64,000 nucleotides of DNA from an uncultured virus (IMG/VR IMGVR_UViG_3300020048_000092) (lineage: Duplodnaviria > Heunggongvirae > Uroviricota > Caudoviricetes). How positions within the stretch are numbered: the stretch's first letter is position 1; each line of letters opens with the position of its first letter. The stretch lies in IMG/VR virus record IMGVR_UViG_3300020048_000092, one strand, 5' to 3'. Of this stretch, positions 40,942-51,556 are shown piece by piece. Below the pieces are notes generated by a model that ran no database searches, was not told the origin of the DNA, and saw nothing but the letters and a program-made list of their open reading frames with translations. A program made the translations under genes and the position numbers.

Positions 40942-43900
40942 CGTTAATTGATAATTTTGGGAGAATAGGCGTCGGGGCTTATGATGGCCCCGATGGCCTA
41001 CTTTCACTAACTGCTGAAACCTATGTACCACCAAATGAAGATCCTTTTGAAGCCGGTGGATTCGAATTATTTGCAAAAACAAATATATATACATTACTGA
41101 AGCAAGACGGTCTTAATTTGGTTTGCCAAGGAATAGATAACACTCCAAGGTATGGGACTATTAGAAGTGTGTCTATGTATGTGTATCATTTAAAAAGCAA
41201 AATAACCTTAAAAATTGAAACTCCTGCTAAAAACGTATTAGATTTTATGACACTGACTGAAATAAAAAGAAGATTTTATAATAAAGAAATAACTTTAAGC
41301 CCATGTGGACAAAAAATGCTGTCATTTTTGGAATTACGTCGTTATGGGGTACTTAAAGATCTAAATATATAAGGAGCTTAAGATGTCCAATGATGGAATA
41401 TTTATACTAACAGAGTATGAAAATACTCAGTCTACAACAGAATTATATGTATTTGATTCACTACAAGAATTAAATGACTATTTAGCGGTAGAATCCATTA
41501 ACGTTTCTAATATGGATACCTATAAAGTCTATCATGGGGTGTCAGTATTAGCCAATTTTATTCCGGATAACTTAAGTGGGTGTACACCTTACATTGTTAT
41601 AAGAAATCCTAAAGGAAAAACAGTTAAAAGTCTTGAAAACGAGTGTCATTTCGAGAAAGCGAAAGGCGGCGTGGTTGAGTTAGTAAAACGTATTGAAGAG
41701 CTACTTAAAGAAGAAAAATACGAATTTCATTCAGATGATCCGCCGGCAATTGAAGATGTTAGATTGTTCTTTGGGCAAGAGGTAAAACTAGCACTTACAG
41801 TAGCAGACGACACTATCGATGAAGAAGTAATAGAGCGTGTTAGCGCTCTTTCAAAAGAATTTAATCATCATAACGAAAGAATTAAGGATGGTACATATGA
41901 AACAGCTAGTTAAAGTACATGTTTTTGAAGAAGAAAATAGCAAAAACCCTATTGAGATCTGCGGCCGATTGCTTGGTGTGGCTAATATTATGGAAGCGAC
42001 TAAAATCCTTCAAAATCCAGAGGTAAGTAACAGAGTTGTTACTTCTGAAACAAAATCGATATCAGATACTATTAAAGCAATAGAATCTATAGATAAAGAA
42101 AACTCTATCGATGCTTTAGCTAGATTAGTCATAGCAATTAGAACACTGAAAAGAAGCACTGATAAAGAACCATTAACAACTTTATCAAAAAAATTATTTA
42201 TAAGTGCGCCAATATCTTTGATCTCTGAAACGGTATCTGCTGTAGAAGATGCTAAAGTATCAGTAATTACAAAAATGACACTAGAATGTAATGATAGTTC
42301 ATTACTTATAGTTGAAAATATGGAGGAATAAAATGTCAAAAGTAGTTTGTAACATTAGTAATTCTGGAAGTATGTTTATGGTTAATGATGCTTTAAAGGA
42401 TTCTTTATTTTCAATAGGAACTACTGGAGTACTGACTTGTGTACTGGGACCTGATCATAATAATCCGAACATTATATATCAAGAAGTATTGGTAACAAAG
42501 AGAGGTAAGAAAGGTAAAAAGCGTATTGAAGCACAGACTCTTTTGACACCAATATATAAAATTCCTAGATTATCAATCGAAGATATCGTCCCAAAATCTA
42601 CAGAGCGAAAAGGCTTTGTTGATGTAGATGTTGATAGCGCAGAAGTGACAAAGCCATTAGATAGTTTAAACAATGACGACTTTATTGCATGGTTGTACGC
42701 ACGACTAAAATTCCTTAATAGGTTAGATCAATTAATCTATCCTGGTAATCATCCGACAGAATTAACGCATGCTATATCCAAATCCATTGGTTTAAACAAT
42801 AATAAATACATGTCAGTTTGGCCCAAAACTGGTAAATTGAAAAACTTTTTCAATGAAATAGAACTTAGATATAATTCTGGTGATGAGGGTCTAATAGCAG
42901 AAGAATATACTTCTCCTGCGGCCAAACTTGTGCTACTTCATGAATTACGCAGATTGGAAAATATGCTAATTATTCCACGGTTAGAACATCAGCAGAGAAT
43001 CTATGGAATTCTTAGTGACGCGATAGTATTTATCGAAAAACTTGTGACGGAAAAGAAAGATATTGAAGGTAAAGAAGACATTTTGCTATTATTAAAAGAA
43101 ACTAAAGCAATGTCGGAAAACAAGCAACTTAGTATAAAAGACGCTGTAGTTAAACGATTAAAAATGGTAGTCAGTGCACGCAATATGCTTGGTAATGATG
43201 AATTTTAATTAAAGGATCATAACTATGGTTGTTGGCACCAAAATAACAATAGTGGCAAGCTCCGCTGTAAAAAGCGGAGCTAAGATAAGGAAAGGTAGTA
43301 TTGGGTATATCGCATCTGTTGGAAAGTCTTATAAATTAACAGATAGCTTTCCGTCAGTAATTCCAGCAAGAGTAATTTTTACACGATACGGAAATGAACT
43401 TAAACAAAGATGTGAACCAAAATTTATTGGTATCATTATTCCAACAGTAAGCCCGGATATAATAAAAAATAAACAAACATATCTCGATAGTCTCACAAAA
43501 CAAGCGCAAGATTTGAGTCCAAATTTAAATAAAATCTTCTTAGAAGAGGGAGTAAAACAAAAAAAGATAACTACAGTAGTGGCAGTTGCATCTAACAAAT
43601 CAGTTGACCTGATGAGAGACCAGAATGAACTTACTGCATGGATGACTAGTATATTATATAGTAACATGTTACATCGTGTAATATACTCAAATGAAAAGTC
43701 TCCTGATGGTAATTTGCTTAAAATTCTACAAACAGATGTACCGTTTGCTAAATCGCTTATTGAGAAATACATGACAGATAGAAGTTTTTTCAGAAAGCAT
43801 GTAGCAACTTTCGCAGAGCAAGAACCTATACAGTGTAGGCAGCTAATCTCTAACATTCACACAATTCGACAATTGTATATGCTCAAAGAGCTAAGTGCTA

Positions 43901-44096
43901 TCTTTGGTGAGCATGCAAAGCCAATAACACCACTAACTCCGCTCGTGTGGAATTGTTGGCGACTGATGTTAACAAAAACTGTCGGTATTAAATTACACGC
44001 ACCACAGAACAAAAACATAATTGCTCTATATACAATGATAAGTACCTGGTGGAACATCTGTAATAAATTAATCAGTCAATAAAAAAGGAGCCCTGA

Positions 44097-47000
44097 ATGC
44101 CGACACAAACACCTTACAATTTTGACAAAGTGGCTGTTTTGATTAATCTTGTCAAGTCTCAATTTGAAGCTAGAACAATCACACAAAGTAGAAAGACTGG
44201 GCAGGACTTTAAAGATGTGACCTTGACCCATGAATTTATGAACAATACCTTATATTTTACGGTAACTACTTCAGAATCAAGCTTTTCAGTGACAATTCCT
44301 ACTCCATATACCAAGGATGGTATTGTGCTGATTAAGAATAATGAAGTAGAACGCGCTGTTTGTAATTATTTTGATGTAAAAACGGATCGCCTAATTTCTT
44401 ACATGGACGTAATTCAGGCAATTTTTATTGGTGATTACTCTCCTTTTGTCACATCCATTACTAAGAAAAAGACGATATTTGTACAACAAATAGCATATTC
44501 TATTCTCAATCAGAATACGTCAGTCATAATGTACAATCTTCAGAAAGCTATAAATGAAGTAGTAAACAAAATGCCCCTTCATGAAACAGACATGAATAGC
44601 TGGATGATGAATAATCGGCTGATGTTAATAGACCCGGAATTTGATAGCTTGATTGACCCTGCCGATAGATTAGAATATCAAGTAAAGAAAAATGAAAAGT
44701 ATTTTGATAGAGGCTGGACATCTATAGGATTATCAGATGGAACACTTGCTGATAAAAACTATATTTTAACCGAAGACATAAGAAAATGCGCTCCATTCGG
44801 ATTGCGTCATCATAATCCACAACGAAATTTGTATTCAACTTTAGGTACAAAAGGAGATGAGTTTCCACGTATAAGGTCTGAATTCACTCAAGAATTAATG
44901 GACAAAGGTATCGCTAGGAAAGGATGGAATTGGCTTACGGCATATGTAGACCTTCCTGATACGTTTGAAGATCAAATTCTTGTGGATAAAAGACATGCTA
45001 ATAAAAGTATCAAAAGTGAAAAACGCTTCCAATGTTTTGGTGAAGTTATAGTCAAGGTAGGACAGTCTATAGACTTTGGTACTCCTTTATCCAAAGCCTT
45101 GGATGGTCAATTTGAAGTATATAATGTTGAGGCTGATAAGTCTATTGTAAAGAAAGTAACGAAAGGCATTACAGTTGTAGGGGGCATAAAAACAGAAGTA
45201 TTTAATGTGGTAATTGGGATAGAAAGGTATCTTAAAGATGGTACAAAAATAACCAATGCATACGGCAACAAAGGGGTGGTAAGGTTATTTGATCTGGGTT
45301 GTGCTATTAATCCAGCAACATCCAAGGTTGAACCATTAGATGTTTGTGTATCAGCCAAAACTGTTCCCAAAAGAAAGAATCATGGGCAAGTTATTGAAGC
45401 AGCGTACAATAATTTGCTGGAATTAAAGGAGGACAAAGGGTCCGAAACAGTGACCAGAAGTACTTGGGTATGCAGAAACAGAAGTATTGGTGTATCTACA
45501 CGCACGCTTCGTCAAAAACCTAAGACTGTTGTAGTGCCGAATGATCTCGTTGTAGAGGGTCTTGTACCAGAACTATTTCCGGAATTTACTACTAAAAGTA
45601 GCTGGTCCGTTAAAAACAGAAGCGTTGGTGTTGCTACCACTCCTGTTAAATCTCTATCCTTGAAAGATGAACTTATCAGCTTTGGATTCAATGAGGATCT
45701 TACATGGAAATGTAAAACTTATGCCGGAGAGGTCTCAGCCGTATGCGGGACAGTTTTCTGGGGAGTCTCCAAAGATGTTGAAGATCAGTTATGGGATAAA
45801 GATGACACAGTAAGAGTCAATGGACAAAATATAAGAACTGCTGGTTTGAAGTTCTCTCCGATCGAATTTAGAGCATTGGAAACCATTTTTGGAAAAGATA
45901 ATGCTGTAATGAGAGAAGTATTGTCTTATACACAGGGTACCGAAAATGTAAGTGAAAAGCTTACAATGCTTAAATGTAAGACAGGTGTGTTTCCCTCTAA
46001 TATCCCGGTCAAATCTATACTGGAAATAAATGGAATAGACCAGAGTCATGGAACTATGTTCACGAAGGAAGCACTTGTTAATACTGTAGCAGATGAGAAC
46101 TTTTATCCCGAAGGCCTATTACTTGAGTTGCCTGTAAAATATCAAACGGCAATTGGTGTAAAGAAAGAAGATAACCATGAAGGAGGTGTAGTATTAGTAA
46201 AAGGCTCTTATAACGAATCAAAGTATAAGGCCATTTATGTGACAGATAAGATATATGTTCCGGCGGGCTTTTTGCGCAAAAGCTGGAGACATGGTTCCGG
46301 GTTGTTCGGGATGTCTGATACTGCTATCTTGATAAACAATGTAATTTCATTGGCAAAAAGATATCAAGAAGAACCTACAAATACAGTTAAATTGACCTTA
46401 CTGTACAATTCTATCGGTACATATTTTCACAAAGTCACCGGTATGCTCGGAACTAAATCTGGTGATATTAATAATTATACCATGTCCGTAAGGTATCCTT
46501 ATTCAGTCAAAGCTGTGGCTACGTTAAGTAGCTCTTTGCCAGATAATACGATACAAATTCATAAGAACATGGCTAAAATATTGAAAGTTACTACAGGAGA
46601 TGTAATAATAACCGAACGTTTTCCATGTCTTGGGTTTATGGGGGTAAGAACTCAAAAAGTAAAAGTAACTTCTGATCCTTTATGTAAGTTCACCATAAGG
46701 GTAGCTGGTAATAGTATGGTATCAACAAATCTGGATTTCGATGGTGATGTGCTATTCTGTGCGTCCTTCCATTCAGAAGAAGCAAAGCAATTGTTACACA
46801 AAGAGTGGAATGAACCTAATCCGGAATGTTGGAAATACACAAATTGGTTAAATAACAGAAAGGGTAAACCTACCATCAATTGTTTTGGAATAAATGATTA
46901 CAAAATCAAAGCATTCCCTAAACTTGATAAAATTAATCATTCTAAAATCGTTAGAAAATTAACAGGCGTAAAAGCCCAGACAGGTCCAGTAATTGCTATG

Positions 47001-47597
47001 GCATACAATCTGATGCGCATAATGGAAAACTCAGGTATTGAGATGTCAAACGCAATTGATGCTGGAATTGAGATGTTTATAGAAAAAGCTGGACAGTCTG
47101 TTTTCGAACAAAAACATGGCGGCCAGTCATTACATGATATAGTAATTGATGCCATCTGTACAGCCGATGTTAATGCTTTGGTAGAAGAAGGTTTTGATCC
47201 TATTATATCTAGGCTAATCTGTGATGTAATAAAAATGAAAGCAGCCAACTTAGGTATTCATGATGTTAAAAGTTATCATGAAAACAAAATAGGAGCTAAC
47301 ATTGTTAGCAAAATAGTAAAAGAAGAAAACAGAATCTATTCTGCAAGCAGAGCTTCTATGGAAGGATGTGAATTGTTGAATTGTCTTGAAGGCCCGGCTG
47401 TAGATCTTCCAAGTCGGATATTTAAACTAACAACATCATTCAAGAGCAAAGAAGAGAGGAAAAAGGCTTTTGACAGAGGTAATGATCTTTTTATGTTAAG
47501 GTCTTTTAAGGATGAAAAATATAAAGAGATTTGTAATGACATGTTTGATACTTTGATTGGGTACACAGACTTAATCAATAGTTCTTCAATGAAGTAA
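44097..47597 (+). CDS. Single-chain fused beta-beta' DNA-dependent RNA polymerase
   Basis: beta motifs TFEDQI, GTKITNAYGNKGVV, GLKFSPIEFRALE; beta' motifs TKSG...SVRYPYSVKAV, ERFPCL, NLDFDGD. Confidence 0.88.
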   Translation: MPTQTPYNFDKVAVLINLVKSQFEARTITQSRKTGQDFKDVTLTHEFMNNTLYFTVTTSESSFSVTIPTPYTKDGIVLIKNNEVERAVCNYFDVKTDRLISYMDVIQAIFIGDYSPFVTSITKKKTIFVQQIAYSILNQNTSVIMYNLQKAINEVVNKMPLHETDMNSWMMNNRLMLIDPEFDSLIDPADRLEYQVKKNEKYFDRGWTSIGLSDGTLADKNYILTEDIRKCAPFGLRHHNPQRNLYSTLGTKGDEFPRIRSEFTQELMDKGIARKGWNWLTAYVDLPDTFEDQILVDKRHANKSIKSEKRFQCFGEVIVKVGQSIDFGTPLSKALDGQFEVYNVEADKSIVKKVTKGITVVGGIKTEVFNVVIGIERYLKDGTKITNAYGNKGVVRLFDLGCAINPATSKVEPLDVCVSAKTVPKRKNHGQVIEAAYNNLLELKEDKGSETVTRSTWVCRNRSIGVSTRTLRQKPKTVVVPNDLVVEGLVPELFPEFTTKSSWSVKNRSVGVATTPVKSLSLKDELISFGFNEDLTWKCKTYAGEVSAVCGTVFWGVSKDVEDQLWDKDDTVRVNGQNIRTAGLKFSPIEFRALETIFGKDNAVMREVLSYTQGTENVSEKLTMLKCKTGVFPSNIPVKSILEINGIDQSHGTMFTKEALVNTVADENFYPEGLLLELPVKYQTAIGVKKEDNHEGGVVLVKGSYNESKYKAIYVTDKIYVPAGFLRKSWRHGSGLFGMSDTAILINNVISLAKRYQEEPTNTVKLTLLYNSIGTYFHKVTGMLGTKSGDINNYTMSVRYPYSVKAVATLSSSLPDNTIQIHKNMAKILKVTTGDVIITERFPCLGFMGVRTQKVKVTSDPLCKFTIRVAGNSMVSTNLDFDGDVLFCASFHSEEAKQLLHKEWNEPNPECWKYTNWLNNRKGKPTINCFGINDYKIKAFPKLDKINHSKIVRKLTGVKAQTGPVIAMAYNLMRIMENSGIEMSNAIDAGIEMFIEKAGQSVFEQKHGGQSLHDIVIDAICTADVNALVEEGFDPIISRLICDVIKMKAANLGIHDVKSYHENKIGANIVSKIVKEENRIYSASRASMEGCELLNCLEGPAVDLPSRIFKLTTSFKSKEERKKAFDRGNDLFMLRSFKDEKYKEICNDMFDTLIGYTDLINSSSMK

Positions 47598-47629
47598 AAT
47601 TAATATTTATATAGCCAAAGGAGGAATCT

Positions 47630-47989
47630 ATGGCAACTGATTTAAATGAGTGTTTGTTAGGCGGCACAATTATTGAAGACCCCCAGATTGTTGGGGCGGC
47701 TAATAACAGATGGGCATTCTTAAAGCTTATGACAAGTTTTGGTCAGCAGAATGCAGACGGGTCGTATTCTGATGTTGAGCAGATTGTCCCGATTGTAGCT
47801 GATGTTGAGAGACACGTAAACACAGCCGAGAAATACATTAAGAAAGGTAAAGCTCTGGTAGTATCTGGATATTACCGTTCATGGGAGGCTGGTGGTCAGA
47901 TGCAGCATGGTTTCTTTGTCCGAAAATTTATTTTCGCCAAAGCAAATTATGGATCTGATCAATATAATACTCCGAAATTACCGAAGTAA
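47630..47989 (+). CDS. ssb: Single-stranded DNA-binding protein
   Basis: LNECLLGG...DP...AEKYIKKGKALVVSG OB-fold pattern. Confidence 0.75.
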   Translation: MATDLNECLLGGTIIEDPQIVGAANNRWAFLKLMTSFGQQNADGSYSDVEQIVPIVADVERHVNTAEKYIKKGKALVVSGYYRSWEAGGQMQHGFFVRKFIFAKANYGSDQYNTPKLPK

Positions 47990-48001
47990 CCTGTAGACCG
48001 T

Positions 48002-48027
48002 TTGGGGGAGGCAATAGTCTCCCCCAA
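48002..48027 (+). promoter_or_regulatory. GC-rich hairpin after ssb (terminator-like, no U-tract)
   Basis: TTGGGGGAGGC-AATA-GTCTCCCCCAA. Confidence 0.6.
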
Positions 48028-48046
48028 TACTAAAGGAAGTTATACT

Positions 48047-48421
48047 ATGGAATCAGGTATGGAAAAACAGATAAACGCTTTGGTAGAGCACGTAAAACGC
48101 ATTGAACAAATGTCACTAAACTTGAAGTGTCGGCTTGAAGAATTAACCAATACAAAATCAAATAGTGTTAACAAAGACGGATTACCAATAGGTATTGATA
48201 TTCATGCGGATGTTGAAGATACTGGTGAAGTAGTATTACGTGTTCTACCAAGTAAATATAAAGTAAAAAAGATCGGGGATTTGGATATAATTTCTCAAGG
48301 TAAAGAATTCAGTTCTTTATCAGCAGCCGCTGAATTTTTTAGTAAAATAAAACGAAAGAGTGGTTGGGTCTACTGGAGAAATGATGAAGGTAGAACATTG
48401 AAGGACGCCTACAAAAGATAA
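48047..48421 (+). CDS. Protein with C-terminal RAMA/DUF4357-like domain
   Basis: GKEFSSLSAAAE...SGWVYWR. Confidence 0.6.
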   Translation: MESGMEKQINALVEHVKRIEQMSLNLKCRLEELTNTKSNSVNKDGLPIGIDIHADVEDTGEVVLRVLPSKYKVKKIGDLDIISQGKEFSSLSAAAEFFSKIKRKSGWVYWRNDEGRTLKDAYKR

Positions 48422-48907
48422 TTAAATAAGGAACAACCATGTCCAAAAAAAGCAGAAAAAATAAAATGGACGTAACTAAATTTAAGGAAGTAGTCTGCAA
48501 GTCATGCGGCTTGTGCGCTCATGGATTCAATCCTAAATTTTGCTTTAAAACACTTTATAAAAGAAATCCTGATAAGTTCATTAATGTTATAAAATACAAA
48601 ATAGATCATAATAAGCAATTCGCCAATCAGCTTGTAGAATTACCAATAGAAGCCTTATTTAATAACATGGTTACTATGACTGTTTTTAGGTCTATATTCT
48701 GTTCAAAAGAGATATGTGTTGGGTGTAAAATTACTCCAGACGACATAGGGGTATGCTTAACTAAGTTTAAATTACAGACAGAAGGTAATCGTAGGCTAAA
48801 AAGTAACTCAGTTAAGAAAAAGACAGAACCTAAAATAAAGGAGATTCCAAAAGTGACCGTTTTCATGAGTGATAATGCAGCATTTAGAGCGGAGGTAAAA
48901 AGAATAC

Positions 48908-50323
48908 TTGAAGATTTCAATAAACAATCAAATAAAGATAGAGAATCCAGACAGCTTGTTGAAGGAAGCACTAGTAACACTACTTCGACACAGTAATCCG
49001 TTATACACCGAAGCAAAGAGACTGGGTAAAAGTACTTATAAAATACCAGAATTCTTAAATAACTTTAGATTTGATTCAGATAGTAACATGTATATACCAA
49101 GAGGTATGCGACAGAAACTGTTTGAATTAGTTCATCAATTTGGATTGATTACGACGGTTGTTGACCAAAGATCTTTAACGGATAATATAGGCTATATTGA
49201 TGGAACAAATATCGTTTATAGACCTTATCAACAGCCAGCCATAGAGAAATTGTTGACTACCTCTTCAGAAGGTATCTTAGTTGCTCCACCAGGAAGTGGT
49301 AAAACAGTTATGGGGCTAAGTTTAATACCAATATTGATGCAGACAACTCTGTGGTTAACACACACAGATCGCCTGTTTAAACAAAGTATGGAGCGTTGTA
49401 AGACATTATTGCCAGCATTATCCGAAGAGGACATTGGTCTTATAGGTGGAGGAAAGTGGAGTGTTGGTAAGATTGTTACAATAGCAATGATACCAACTTT
49501 GGTACGAAATTTAGATAAACTTATCGAATTAAAAGACTATTTCGGATTAATTTTAGTAGATGAGGCGCATCATTGTCCAGCAACAACTTTTTTATCAGTT
49601 GTTAATATGTTAAATCCTTATTATTTATATGGATTAACAGCTACTGATTACAGGAGAGACGGTCTCGAAGGAGTGATGTTTCAGTCAATAGGGCCAGTCT
49701 TATCTAGAATAAGTAAAGAAGATGTAGCCAAATTTAAGGGAATGATAGAGCCTGTAGTAGTATATTGTCCATTAAACTATGGAGGTATAGTTAATGGTAA
49801 TAATATATCCAAGATATTTAAGGAAAATTTAATTTTTAATAGTCAAAGAAACTTAAGAATCAAAAACGATGTAGTTAGGGAGGCTAGGTTAGGAAACTTT
49901 TGTATAGTAACATCAGGTAGACGAATTCATTGTGAGCTGTTATATGAATTAATAAAAAAAGATTGGCCTAAAACAGGAATAGCTACTGGTAGTTATAGTA
50001 AGAAAAAAGTAGATGCTCAGATAGAAGCATTTAATAATAATGAAATAACTGTATTAGTCACAACACCAGAACTGCTTGGTGAAGGATTTGATGTTGATTT
50101 TTTAAATAGATTGTTCATAGCTACACCTTTTAGAACAGAAGGAAGAGTAGAACAACTTGTTGGAAGAATTCAACGATTTCATCCGGACAAAGAAGATTCA
50201 TTTGTTTTTGATTATGTAGATCAAAACATAGGTGTTTTAGCAAATCAGTTCTTTTCAGCATTCGGTAAGTGTCGCAAAAATGTTTATAAGAAGTTGGGTC
50301 TTAAAATCATTACTCGCGACTAA
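48908..50323 (+). CDS. Superfamily 2 (DExH) helicase, UvsW/XPB-like
   Basis: RPYQ, APPGSGKT, DEAHH, GLTAT.YRRDG, EGFD, QLVGRIQR. Confidence 0.93.
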   Translation: MKISINNQIKIENPDSLLKEALVTLLRHSNPLYTEAKRLGKSTYKIPEFLNNFRFDSDSNMYIPRGMRQKLFELVHQFGLITTVVDQRSLTDNIGYIDGTNIVYRPYQQPAIEKLLTTSSEGILVAPPGSGKTVMGLSLIPILMQTTLWLTHTDRLFKQSMERCKTLLPALSEEDIGLIGGGKWSVGKIVTIAMIPTLVRNLDKLIELKDYFGLILVDEAHHCPATTFLSVVNMLNPYYLYGLTATDYRRDGLEGVMFQSIGPVLSRISKEDVAKFKGMIEPVVVYCPLNYGGIVNGNNISKIFKENLIFNSQRNLRIKNDVVREARLGNFCIVTSGRRIHCELLYELIKKDWPKTGIATGSYSKKKVDAQIEAFNNNEITVLVTTPELLGEGFDVDFLNRLFIATPFRTEGRVEQLVGRIQRFHPDKEDSFVFDYVDQNIGVLANQFFSAFGKCRKNVYKKLGLKIITRD

Positions 50324-50368
50324 AAAATATCTTTAATAAAGAAGTCAGCACGGAAAAGGCTTCTGTAA

Positions 50369-51556
50369 ATGTTTAATATAAAAATAAAAATATCAAATTG
50401 TATGTCTGAATGTTCAGGTATGTACACCAATGAGAATCAAATGCTTCGTATTCCAAAATTGTTAAGAGATAATTTGGGAATAGAGGTAGGTCAATATTTA
50501 GGAATTAAATCAGTCACTAATGAACAAGCAATGCTCAAAATTGGAACAGCTTATAAAGAAGATGCTGATTCTGATAGTGAAATTTGTTATGTTACTAAGG
50601 CTATGTTTGATTCGATTAATATTGAAGGAACAGAAAATTATAGATTAGAGTCAGTAAATACTATAACTTTAGGTTGTGATCCCGAATTCTTTTTAATTGA
50701 CAAGTTCAATAAAAAAGTGTTACGAGCATATCTATTCTTTAATAGAAAGTATGGGGAAATAGGATCGGATGGTATTTTGGCTGAAATAAGACCAAAACCA
50801 AGTCAAACTCCTGAAGGATTAACAGATAATATTTACAATCTAATTTGTAATACGCGAGAAATTTTAAATCATAACACGTTGTATGATCCGAATCGAATAG
50901 TTATGCACGCAGCGTCTGGTTACCAAGCAGCAACTGCTGGATTTCATTTACATTTTGGTCTTCCAAAAAGTATATTGGGCAAAAAACCAAACACTGAAGC
51001 ATTAATAAAGCAAATAGTGAAAGTGATGGATTACTACGTAGGATTACCTTCGATCATGACAGAGAGCGAAGGTGATAGTAACAGACGTTCGAATATGAAT
51101 GTGGGGTATGGTAAACCAGGTGATTTTAGATTAGATGACCGAACTTTGGAATATAGAGTAGCTGGAGGAAGCATGCTACGCCACCCTGTATTAACAAAAG
51201 GACTCATTGCTTTGGGTGCTACTGTAGTTCAAGATATAGTAAGTCGAATAAAATTATGTACAAATGGTTTTAGACAACTTTATTGGGCACAAAGTGATGA
51301 GAGATTTAAAGAGTTATACCCAAGGATTTTAAACTCCATGGATGTTTATAGATTGATATGCTGTCCAAGTAGTATAGGAGCGAGACATCATCTAGATAAC
51401 ATTCAACAAGGAGTTCAAAATATGATCGGCTATGAGGAAAGAAGAGCTTCTATAGAAGCATTGTTTAATAGTATTAGAAATAATATGCAGTATGACAATA
51501 ATATTGAGTTAAATTGGAGGACAGTTTATGGGCAACCATATCAATTTCATCGGTAG
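50369..51556 (+). CDS. phiEco32-like COOH-NH2 ligase type 2 with N-terminal extra domain
   Basis: LGCDPEFF, GSDG..AEIRP.P, AGFHLHFG, RR...YGKPGDFR, LEYR. Confidence 0.85.
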   Translation: MFNIKIKISNCMSECSGMYTNENQMLRIPKLLRDNLGIEVGQYLGIKSVTNEQAMLKIGTAYKEDADSDSEICYVTKAMFDSINIEGTENYRLESVNTITLGCDPEFFLIDKFNKKVLRAYLFFNRKYGEIGSDGILAEIRPKPSQTPEGLTDNIYNLICNTREILNHNTLYDPNRIVMHAASGYQAATAGFHLHFGLPKSILGKKPNTEALIKQIVKVMDYYVGLPSIMTESEGDSNRRSNMNVGYGKPGDFRLDDRTLEYRVAGGSMLRHPVLTKGLIALGATVVQDIVSRIKLCTNGFRQLYWAQSDERFKELYPRILNSMDVYRLICCPSSIGARHHLDNIQQGVQNMIGYEERRASIEALFNSIRNNMQYDNNIELNWRTVYGQPYQFHR

